NCBI GenBank assembly: GCA_021513715.1
Contig: CP084167.1
Span: 1,408,001-1,472,000 of the forward strand
Origin: Candidatus Heimdallarchaeum endolithica
GTDB taxonomy: Archaea; Asgardarchaeota; Heimdallarchaeia; Heimdallarchaeales; Heimdallarchaeaceae
Direction of reading: 5' to 3'
DNA length: 64,000 bases
The notes beneath the pieces were generated by a model that saw only the letters and a list, made by a program, of their open reading frames with translations, was not told the origin of the DNA and did no database searches. This document shows positions 48,486 to 56,820 of this stretch, in pieces. Within the stretch, counting starts at the first letter, position 1. Each line of letters begins with the position of its first letter. The translations under genes and the position numbers were made by a program.

Positions 48486-49060
48486 AGCTTTTCATACTCC
48501 TCTTTAATTTTTGTCCTTTCATCTTCATCAAACTCAAGGAGAGTTCTGTAATTGTAATCTATTAGATTTGATTTTCGTTTAATATATCCTTTATACGTGA
48601 GAGATCTTATGCTCTCACTTACAATATACTCTTTTAAATAGTCATTAGATGTTAAAAACTCTTTAATCTTTTTAGTTGTAATTTTTTTCCCTGATTCTCT
48701 TAAACCCACTATTATCCCTAAAACAATTAATTCTACCTCATTTAGTTCTGGAGGAGCGAAATAGTTTGATTTTAAGCACAACCAAGTTTCATTAACTATT
48801 TTGTAATTGACTAATTCCAACCCAAGAATAGAAATAAAAATCTTATATTCTTCTAAAATATTTTCGAGTGTTGCTATATCCACCCTAGTTACTATCAACA
48901 AACCTTGTTGAGATACACCAAAAACTTCTACATTATCTTTTATCCATCTTCTAGTTAATATTGTTGTTAGTTCCCTAAATAATTCTTGTTTCTCTTTATC
49001 TGTAATTAAAGGAGACAATTTTTGTTCTTTATCTGTAATTTCATTTTTCATTTCATTCAT
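48482..49060 (-). CDS. KITE (tandem winged-helix; Nse1/Nse3/ScpB-like) protein
   Basis: LENILEEY...ILGLELV (WH-A), LNEVELIVLGIIV and L..KGYI......Y..RTLLEF (WH-B); third gene of the SMC operon. Confidence 0.7.
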   Translation of the reverse strand: MNEMKNEITDKEQKLSPLITDKEKQELFRELTTILTRRWIKDNVEVFGVSQQGLLIVTRVDIATLENILEEYKIFISILGLELVNYKIVNETWLCLKSNYFAPPELNEVELIVLGIIVGLRESGKKITTKKIKEFLTSNDYLKEYIVSESIRSLTYKGYIKRKSNLIDYNYRTLLEFDEDERTKIKEEYEKL

Positions 49061-49751
49061 CTTCTTTTTTCTTTGATGTTAAAAGGAGTGAACTCGACAA
49101 TTCTGCATCTTCTTCTGAAGAGGGTCTACAAAAACGAATTTTATCTCCGTCTGAAACAGCGATTAGTGTTTTTTCAGAAGTCATCTTTGAAAGTACTTCT
49201 AACTCAATAGAACTTAATAATTTTTCAAGTTCACTTTTTTTCAATTCTTTGTTTAACAATTTTTCCTCTAATTTTCTTTCTAAACTCATAAAATCACCAA
49301 AAGTTAAAATCTCAGACTCTAATTTTTGTTGTCCCCTTATATCCCAGAAACCATACTCATCATTAATTTGAGGATTAATTATACTATCTTCTGATTTTTC
49401 AAAATGCAATAGGGAGCTAGGGAACGTTTTTTTTCCTACTACAGAAACCAAAGGAGTAGATTTTTTTCTTACAAAATTAGAAAATGAATTTATTCTACTT
49501 TTATTTTTAAGAATATTCTCTAAATTAAGTTCCTCTCGTAATTTATACATCAAGATATAATCTTCATAGACCTCTGCATCTAATAATTTTTCCTTATTTT
49601 GAAGCAAATATTGATAAATATCTGAAGTTTGCTCTCTATCTTTTTCTGATTCATCTATTAACAGTGGAATTTTTTTTCTTAGTAATTTTTTATATTTTTT
49701 TTCAATTTCAAAAAGAGTAAGCAAGAGAACATCATAGTCTTCTTCCATCAT
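49053..49751 (-). CDS. Kleisin-like protein (Nse4/ScpA-like)
   Basis: Helical N-terminus with KKYKKLL...KEKLLDAE, a low-structure middle and a WH-like C-terminus; overlaps the SMC stop. Confidence 0.55.
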   Translation of the reverse strand: MMEEDYDVLLLTLFEIEKKYKKLLRKKIPLLIDESEKDREQTSDIYQYLLQNKEKLLDAEVYEDYILMYKLREELNLENILKNKSRINSFSNFVRKKSTPLVSVVGKKTFPSSLLHFEKSEDSIINPQINDEYGFWDIRGQQKLESEILTFGDFMSLERKLEEKLLNKELKKSELEKLLSSIELEVLSKMTSEKTLIAVSDGDKIRFCRPSSEEDAELSSSLLLTSKKKEDE

Positions 49752-52726
49752 TTACACACCTTTGTTTCTATCAGAACATTGTGATTAAAATCCTCATTTA
49801 ATTTGACATCTTCAATTCCAGGACTGATTAAAATAAACTGTGGAACAATTGACCTATTTTGTTTAGCTAAAAGATAAACAGAATAAGCAACAGAGAAGGC
49901 ATAAGTTCTGTTCTTTTTATCCAGTTTTTGAGTAAACTCATCGATTACATGTAAAGGAGAATAACTGATAAGATGAAGAGAGAGGATAATAGCTTGTGCA
50001 ATAAGAGTCTTTTCTCCTCCTGATAATTGCCGATAGTTTAAGTTTTTATTCTTTGTTTTTGCAGAAATAATTAGACTAGCTTCTTTCTCGTTTTTATAAT
50101 TACTAATAGATATCGAAATTTCTTCAAATACCTCACTTAATAGATTCTTTAGAGAACCGTTAAGATGATCTACAATCTTTTGTAACGCACTTGTCCATTG
50201 ATTTAATCTTTTTTCTATATCAACTTTCAGATTTTCTAAATGTTTATTACCTTTTTCAATTAACTCTTGTAGTTTTTCGACTCTAATTCGTTGAGCATTA
50301 ATTGCTTCAGCACTAATGTTTCCTTGAACTTGAATATATGATAACTGCCCTTTTATCTCGTGAACCTCTGAAGAGATAGTTTCGCGTTCTTCTCTTATTG
50401 TTTCAGGACGATCACCTATTTCTTCAATTTGTTTTTTTAGTTCATCAATTCTTACTTGAAGGTTTGGAACTTCAGCATTTAATTTGTTAAGTGTTGTAAG
50501 CAAATTTTCTCTAGTCTTTTTATATTGTTCAATTTCTCTTTCTAAATTATCTAACTGTTTACGCGTGAAAAAATAAACTTTTGATAATTTGTCAATTTTT
50601 TCAAGAGCAGAATTAAGCTTATCATCGAATTCGTTTAACTCTTCATGTATTTTTTTAATTAACTCCTCTTCTTGACTAATTTCTTCTTCTAATTTTTCTT
50701 TTTCCATAAACAAGTTTGTTAATTCTGTAGATACATCTGATTTTCTAGCAAATAAAAACAAATCATTATCAATTTCTCTTTTTTTACTTAATAATTCTCC
50801 ACTTTTTGAATTAAGTGTAAATTTTTCTCTAAGTAATTGTTCTTTTTTAACTTCTATCTGTGATATTTTCGCCCTTAAAACTTCAGTAGATTTGTAGGAT
50901 TTTATATCACTACCAAGCTTTACTCCTAAAACAGGAGGAGGATTAGAAAAGGCTTCTCTTGAAAGGTAGTAACTTTTACAATCAGTTGTTAAAATATTCG
51001 ATTTATATTGCTTTGCGTAATCAGTGAGAAGATTCGCACTAACTGTTGAATCAGCTATTATTGTTTTTCTAAATTTTTTAAGATATTCAAGTACTTGATA
51101 GGGAGCATCAATTAGATTTACTGCGTAATCAATTATTCCTGTTCTGTTACTGGTAATTTCTAACTTCTTTTTGTAATAGTCAGGTTTAGGGCCTTCTTGC
51201 TCTAAAACTCTCCCCACAGTTAATTTAACTGATCTATTTTGACTAAACCTAATTTGGTCAAAAATTTTCTTTGCTTCGTCATATGCTTCATAACTTATTG
51301 CTACAAAATCAAATAAAGAATAACTTATTGCTGTTTTTATCGCTTTCTCATATTTTTCAAATCCTTTTTTTATAGAAATAACTTGATAAATAGGACCAAT
51401 AATCTCATTAGCATACTTTGATTGATCAACCTTATCTCTAAATAGTTTACAATCATCTAGTCTTCTTCTTTCTTCTTGCTTTAAGTTTCCTAAAAAAAAT
51501 GAACGCTCATTTATTATATTTTGAGTCTTTTCTTTTTCTTCTTCTAATGACTGAATAGTACTGACTATTTCACTGATTCGTGTATCAATATGATCAAGTT
51601 CAGTTTTTATTTCATTAAGTTGATTCTGGAGTTGTTGTTTAGTTTTAAGTCCTTCTTCACTTGAAAATAATTCTAATTTTTTTTCTCTTTTTTCAATTTC
51701 ATAAATCCTGTTATATTTACTTTGAATTAGTCTCTCTTTTTCCTCTAACATACCTTTCTTGTAAGTTGATGTAGACCTTAAAGAATCGACTAACTTATTT
51801 AACTGCTCTTTTTCTTTCTCTATTTCATTAAATTGAACCAGAATAGATTCTTTCTCTTGGTGTAATTTTATTTCTTCTTTTTGATTTGACTCGATTTTAT
51901 TTTTTACTTTTTCTATTTCTCTTAAATGATTTTGAAAAACTCTATCTGCTTCTTCAAAATCATACCATACTAACTCTCTTGTAACCATTTCAAGCCTTTT
52001 TATCAAATTATTCTTCTTTGCAATTAAATCATAATCTTCTTCCATTTGTTGAAGTTTAGTCTTTTCCTTCTCTAGTTGCATCACCAGAGGAGAATGTTCT
52101 CGTTGCATTTGATTTAGTTTTTTCTTCGAGTCAAAATATGATTGATAAATCTCATTTAGACCTGTAGCAACAAGTAAGGTTTCTAACTTTTTATGTGGAG
52201 AACCTTCAGCAAAAGCGTTCAAATAGCCTTCTTCTGTAAAATTCAACATTGTATCCTCAAATATTCCTATTTGTTTCATGAGGGCTTGTATTTGTCTCTT
52301 TGTTACAATTTTTTCATTTCCATCTAATGATTTGATCTTCCTAATTGATTGATTTTTTCTGATTTCAAGCTCAACAATGAAAGAATCTTTATTATTTACA
52401 AAGGATTCAATATCCAAATCAGATGATTGAAATAATCTCCTTTCACCTAACAAAGGATTTGAAATAAAAAGCTGAATTATGGCAGACTCACCAAAAGAAC
52501 CGATTAGTTCCTCTTTTTTACCCAAAGCAACTCTAGTAGGTGTATGACCAATTACTAAAATTAATGCTTCCAAAATTTGGCTTTTTCCACTCCCATTAGC
52601 TCCAGAAATGACAATTAATGGTTTTTCCATCAGATCTAGTTCAGTACATTTGTGCATCTTAAAATTTCTAATTATTAGTTTATTGAAAACAAATTTACTA
52701 GAACTTTCTGAAACATTAATTGTCAT
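49748..52726 (-). CDS. SMC5/6-like ATPase (992 aa)
   Basis: IRNFK.H, Walker A GANGSGKS, two long coiled coils, hinge IIGPIYQVISI...AIKTAI...FV, signature LSGGEK and Walker B/D-loop VIDEFTQKLD..NR. Confidence 0.9.
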   Translation of the reverse strand: MTINVSESSSKFVFNKLIIRNFKMHKCTELDLMEKPLIVISGANGSGKSQILEALILVIGHTPTRVALGKKEELIGSFGESAIIQLFISNPLLGERRLFQSSDLDIESFVNNKDSFIVELEIRKNQSIRKIKSLDGNEKIVTKRQIQALMKQIGIFEDTMLNFTEEGYLNAFAEGSPHKKLETLLVATGLNEIYQSYFDSKKKLNQMQREHSPLVMQLEKEKTKLQQMEEDYDLIAKKNNLIKRLEMVTRELVWYDFEEADRVFQNHLREIEKVKNKIESNQKEEIKLHQEKESILVQFNEIEKEKEQLNKLVDSLRSTSTYKKGMLEEKERLIQSKYNRIYEIEKREKKLELFSSEEGLKTKQQLQNQLNEIKTELDHIDTRISEIVSTIQSLEEEKEKTQNIINERSFFLGNLKQEERRRLDDCKLFRDKVDQSKYANEIIGPIYQVISIKKGFEKYEKAIKTAISYSLFDFVAISYEAYDEAKKIFDQIRFSQNRSVKLTVGRVLEQEGPKPDYYKKKLEITSNRTGIIDYAVNLIDAPYQVLEYLKKFRKTIIADSTVSANLLTDYAKQYKSNILTTDCKSYYLSREAFSNPPPVLGVKLGSDIKSYKSTEVLRAKISQIEVKKEQLLREKFTLNSKSGELLSKKREIDNDLFLFARKSDVSTELTNLFMEKEKLEEEISQEEELIKKIHEELNEFDDKLNSALEKIDKLSKVYFFTRKQLDNLEREIEQYKKTRENLLTTLNKLNAEVPNLQVRIDELKKQIEEIGDRPETIREERETISSEVHEIKGQLSYIQVQGNISAEAINAQRIRVEKLQELIEKGNKHLENLKVDIEKRLNQWTSALQKIVDHLNGSLKNLLSEVFEEISISISNYKNEKEASLIISAKTKNKNLNYRQLSGGEKTLIAQAIILSLHLISYSPLHVIDEFTQKLDKKNRTYAFSVAYSVYLLAKQNRSIVPQFILISPGIEDVKLNEDFNHNVLIETKVCK

Positions 52727-52753
52727 AGCGTTATAATAGTAGTAAAAGTTAGG

Positions 52754-52761
52754 TATATAAA
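52754..52761 (-). promoter_or_regulatory. TATA box of the SMC operon
   Basis: TTTATATA on the minus strand about 28 bp upstream of ATG 52726, consistent with a nearly leaderless transcript. Confidence 0.55.
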
Positions 52762-52842
52762 CAATTCAATTTTCTCAAAAAATTATAAAAAATTAAGAAA
52801 TTTTATCAAGAAAAAAAAAGAAAAAAATTAGAATTTTAAAGT

Positions 52843-55800
52843 TTAAACTTTAAATTTCTTTTTAATTGTGAGTATAGTAGCAACAATAAGAATTGAACTT
52901 AGAGATACATATACTAGATCAAACGAACCTATTCTTCGTGTTTTGTTTTGTCCTCCAGTATAAATATCTGCACCAGCACTTGAACCAGTTGAGGTGGATT
53001 CACCATAGTCTTCCCAAGTATCAGCCTCTTGTGTTGTACCATCCATATTCAGTAATACTGCAGAAGTTTCTCCTCCGCCTCCACTTTCACCTAGTTCGTT
53101 TTCAAATCTACTGTCATAAATAACTTGAGCGCCAGGTAAGAAACACCCATTACTGGTAAGGAACATCCAATGCATTGTAACTGTTACAGATTCACCAGGA
53201 GCAAGTGTTATACCTTCAAATGTTATTAATCCCATTCCGAGATAGGTTGTATTTGAAGTACTTCCTTTAGTTGTTACTTGGAACATTAATTCAAGTTCTG
53301 AAACATTGTAATATTGAATAACAGTTACATGTGTTTCCGATTCACCAATGTTTGTAATAACAAGTTCTACTTCAATCTCCCAAGGAGCGTCTTCAGGTAT
53401 AATAATATCAACATTTGTCTCAATATCAAGTATTGGTTGTGGGAAAGCAGGTTCCATTGCAGCTTCTTTAGGCAATAACAAAGCCCAAGCCATATTTGAA
53501 ATAACAATTTCATGAGCTTCAGCTGCTCCTTCGAAGTAACCTACATCATGATTGAAAGGATTAACTACTTCTGCAGGACCTTGTCCTTCATCGCTGATAA
53601 ATTCTACAACAGCATATACTGGATGAATACCCAAGAAAGTATTTGCTTGTACTTCTACTTCGAAGGTTACTTTCTCTCCAGCAACGATAGTACCTATTTC
53701 TTCAGTGTAGAACAAGTCTGGATTAACTATTTGCCATGTTTTATCCATAGAACCATGGAATAGATAGAGTATCACATTTGTAGCATCAATATTTCCTGTG
53801 TTTTCGATATATCCAGTAATTGTAATATTATCTCCTACTTGATAAGCAAGTTGATCTAACTCTACATATGTATTAAGTACAGCTTCATCATCTGCAATCT
53901 GGAAGTTTATTCCGTTGCTGAAACCATAATACTCAAATCCTTCAGGATCGTTGTACTTGAATCTTGCTCCAGCAGAAATCCAGATATCGTCAGCATAATC
54001 ATAGAAACTTATAGGACGGCCGTATGCAATTTGACCAGCCCAATCAGAGAAACCTAGAATAACTCTCATAAGCTCATAGAAATCATGTAATTCTGTTGTT
54101 AATCCTGCTGCTTTAGTACCATCTCCATTATCAATTGCATGAATGTACATTGAACCTAAAACCCAATTTTCATTAGGAATGTTTTCTAAAGCCCAGCTGA
54201 CTTGTGTCCAACTATCAGGATCTAAGTTCTCTATTGTTGTCTCGAGATAATATTGTGTGACAATCTCATCTCCCATTGTAACATTTACAGGAACAATCTC
54301 AAAATCCATTCCATTGAAATCGAAAATAGTTTGATTCTGGTATAGTAAATTGAACAAGTCTTTTGCTGCTTGATCAATTCCATTCTTTAACTCGTCTTTA
54401 TAGTCATCAAATAGTGCGCCCCAATCTCCATTGTAATCTGCAACAGATATGTTTTCTAAGAATTGAGTAGCTCTATTGACTAAGATGTTACTTAATCCTT
54501 TAGAAGAGTTAAGCTTTACTTGAGTACTAACTGAATAACTGTAAGGACCAACAATTATGCTTGCTGTTTCTGTTTTTACTGTCGCTTCAGTTACTGAAGG
54601 ATCAATATCAACTAAAGAACCGTTATCATATACATACCATCCTTCAAGTATCATCATTGTCTGATTGTAGTTCTGGTATTCTTTTCCGTTAACAGTAATT
54701 ATTATACTGATATCTACAGGGATGTATTCACTTTCATTGATAGATACATCGTCTCTCAATCTAAATATCGATGGCAAGTGGCTGTAAAATTTCATGAAAT
54801 CTCGGCCTAATGGGTAGCTTATTGTAATATTCTTTGCTGGTTCAGTTCCTGTGTTTGTCACATTATAATTCATTTGTAAAATTCCTTCTGAATTTAATAA
54901 ATCTTGGTCATAACCCATGTTTACTGCTACTCTAGGAGCAGAACTTAGTTCAGCATAATTAATGTTAAACACTACTTCAAAGTTACTTGATAGTAATCTT
55001 ACTTCCCAAGGATTCTGCATTACCCAATCCATTTTTCCTGTTATTTGTGGTGCAAAGTTATCAGTATCTGGGGAAATTGATTTTGGATTGATTGTATATG
55101 GGAATCTAAATTTAACTACAGAGAAGGTTTCATATGCTGGGTCATCAAATATTGTTACTTCTTCTCCAAATAGATTGTTGGTTGATAAAGTATATTCTTC
55201 ACCAGATGAAACAATAGCATCTGGGTCAACATAAGAAATAGCTCTTATTGCTCCCTGTGTTAAGTATTCACCAACTGCAACAGCCTTTACTGGTGAGGCA
55301 ACAACGTCGGCGGGATCTACAACAGACAAGAAACCAGTTGGAATATCTGTTTGCATTTCTCCAATAAGATCAGTGAAGACTGAATCTGTTATTCCTCCTG
55401 AGAACTTGTAAACATAAGTTCCATATTCAGTTGTGAGTGCTCCGGACCAATAAAGGTCTATTCCATAATAGTCACTGAATGCTGTGGCAATTGTAAGAGC
55501 TTCCTCTAAACTTTGCTCTGCTGTTAGTGTTTTCTTTAGTTCAAGGGCCAATGTAGCATTTTCAGGAGCTCTATATGGTCTCCTTACAAGGTAATCATGG
55601 TAAGCTTCTTGTTCTGTTACCACGAAAATCCAATTTATTACATTATCCATCAAACTTTCTGGAGTTATCTTTAGTACTGAAGGACCTCCAACAGTAGTAA
55701 TTTTAACCAAAGCAGCGGTATCAATACCAGCAACTATTTTCATCTCTTCAAGAAAAACTGAAGGTAAAGTTCTGGTACTTGCAGAATCAAATTGGTCTGC

Positions 55801-55890
55801 TGCACCTAATGCTTGGGTATAAGAACCGCTGAAAGTTAACAATATTAAAGCTAACCCCATTGTCATAATAATAGACATCTTATTTTTCAT
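52843..55890 (-). CDS. Large acidic cell-surface protein with CARDB/Ig-like domains (S-layer-like candidate)
   Basis: GGAGG RBS, signal peptide, three V.N.G...A.N+ Ig-like starts, several NxS/T sites, Gly/Ser/Thr linker, TM and basic tail. Confidence 0.75.
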   Translation of the reverse strand: MKNKMSIIMTMGLALILLTFSGSYTQALGAADQFDSASTRTLPSVFLEEMKIVAGIDTAALVKITTVGGPSVLKITPESLMDNVINWIFVVTEQEAYHDYLVRRPYRAPENATLALELKKTLTAEQSLEEALTIATAFSDYYGIDLYWSGALTTEYGTYVYKFSGGITDSVFTDLIGEMQTDIPTGFLSVVDPADVVASPVKAVAVGEYLTQGAIRAISYVDPDAIVSSGEEYTLSTNNLFGEEVTIFDDPAYETFSVVKFRFPYTINPKSISPDTDNFAPQITGKMDWVMQNPWEVRLLSSNFEVVFNINYAELSSAPRVAVNMGYDQDLLNSEGILQMNYNVTNTGTEPAKNITISYPLGRDFMKFYSHLPSIFRLRDDVSINESEYIPVDISIIITVNGKEYQNYNQTMMILEGWYVYDNGSLVDIDPSVTEATVKTETASIIVGPYSYSVSTQVKLNSSKGLSNILVNRATQFLENISVADYNGDWGALFDDYKDELKNGIDQAAKDLFNLLYQNQTIFDFNGMDFEIVPVNVTMGDEIVTQYYLETTIENLDPDSWTQVSWALENIPNENWVLGSMYIHAIDNGDGTKAAGLTTELHDFYELMRVILGFSDWAGQIAYGRPISFYDYADDIWISAGARFKYNDPEGFEYYGFSNGINFQIADDEAVLNTYVELDQLAYQVGDNITITGYIENTGNIDATNVILYLFHGSMDKTWQIVNPDLFYTEEIGTIVAGEKVTFEVEVQANTFLGIHPVYAVVEFISDEGQGPAEVVNPFNHDVGYFEGAAEAHEIVISNMAWALLLPKEAAMEPAFPQPILDIETNVDIIIPEDAPWEIEVELVITNIGESETHVTVIQYYNVSELELMFQVTTKGSTSNTTYLGMGLITFEGITLAPGESVTVTMHWMFLTSNGCFLPGAQVIYDSRFENELGESGGGGETSAVLLNMDGTTQEADTWEDYGESTSTGSSAGADIYTGGQNKTRRIGSFDLVYVSLSSILIVATILTIKKKFKV

Positions 55891-56081
55891 TTTTGACCTC
55901 CAAAAATTTGTCTAATACTAAGTATTGAACATCTATATTATAAAGATTATTTTTGTGAGTTATAAAAAAACAGAATTCGAAAAAAATCGAACATTAAGAA
56001 ACTACCATTAAAGGAGCCTATTGAATAATAATTTGTAAACTTTCAGTTTAAGATGCAGAATATATAAAAAAAGAAGAAGTT

Positions 56082-56620
56082 TTACAATAAAGATTTTAGA
56101 GCTTTTCTATAATCATTAGTAGCTTCTTCAGGCATTGTTCCATTGATGAATATTCCTAGACTAGACTCTACAGCACCAAGAATTTTTAGTGACTGCTTAT
56201 TTCTCTGTGGACTGTGGAGTTTAAAATACATATGATAAATATTAGGACTTTCAGGAAAATTGAAAACTTTTTGATGAAGAGAAAGAGAATAACTTATTTC
56301 TTTACCAAATATTACAAATAAACTTTTAACTAGCTTTGGCAATAAGTTTGCAAAAGATACTAGCTCTTCTTGTCTACTCTCTTCCAATTTACTATAGCAC
56401 CTTTTTGGATAAATATATAGATCATAAGCATATTGAGCTGAAAAAGGAACAACTGCCATCACAAACTCATTTTCAAAAACAACCCTTAAATCAGTTTTTT
56501 TCTCAATTTCTAAATATTTACATATCATGCAAGCATTTTTTTATTTAAAAAATTTCCAATCTTTCTTAGTTCATTTTGAACAGTATGAGGAACAAATGAG
56601 AAAGCATAAATTTGCCCATG
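56082..56620 (-). pseudogene. galT: galT 3' fragment (after the TnpB insertion, with an additional 1-nt deletion)
   Basis: Resumes as H-G-Q-I-Y-A-F; frameshift in the A7 run (T7 at 56536-56542); then C.IC, VPF.A.Y.Y, YH.Y and G.E...G.FIN...PE.A. Confidence 0.88.
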
Positions 56621-56820
56621 AGTTAATTTTTTGTACAATTTTCTCCTACTACGTCAGTGGAAGAATACAAACGCTAAAACAGATGTTTGAGCATACTGAC
56701 ATCATCTAGGAATCGTGGGACGCATAAAGAAGAGTAGAACTCTTCACTCCACGAGTACTAAGTATTCTACCATTATGGTATAATAGTACATAGGTCTATT
56801 TCAACCACTGGTTGAGACCC
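56621..56820 (-). ncRNA. Putative omegaRNA (reRNA) scaffold of TnpB
   Basis: Nested stems 3' of tnpB on the minus strand: TCAACC/GGTTGA, GTACTA/TAGTAC with TACCAT/ATGGTA, TCGTGG/CCACGA with GAAGAGT/ACTCTTC, and TCCTA/TAGGA with GTCAGT/ACTGAC; ends at the element boundary. Confidence 0.7.

Noticed and set aside
48480-48495. Programmed -1 frameshift fusing KITE and RING
   Set aside because: There is no canonical X XXY YYZ slippery heptamer, and the -1 frame has a stop three codons upstream. The GTGA overlap is ordinary translational coupling.
48994-49041. 13-bp direct repeat (ITDKE twice) at the KITE N-terminus
   Set aside because: A small in-frame local duplication in a probably disordered leader, with no sign of a mobile element.
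48042-52726. Wadjet/MksBEFG or Rad50-Mre11 system
   Set aside because: No JetD/Toprim nuclease or Mre11 gene is adjacent, there is no CxxC hook at the coiled-coil apex, and the gene order (SMC first) and head motifs fit SMC5/6-like better.
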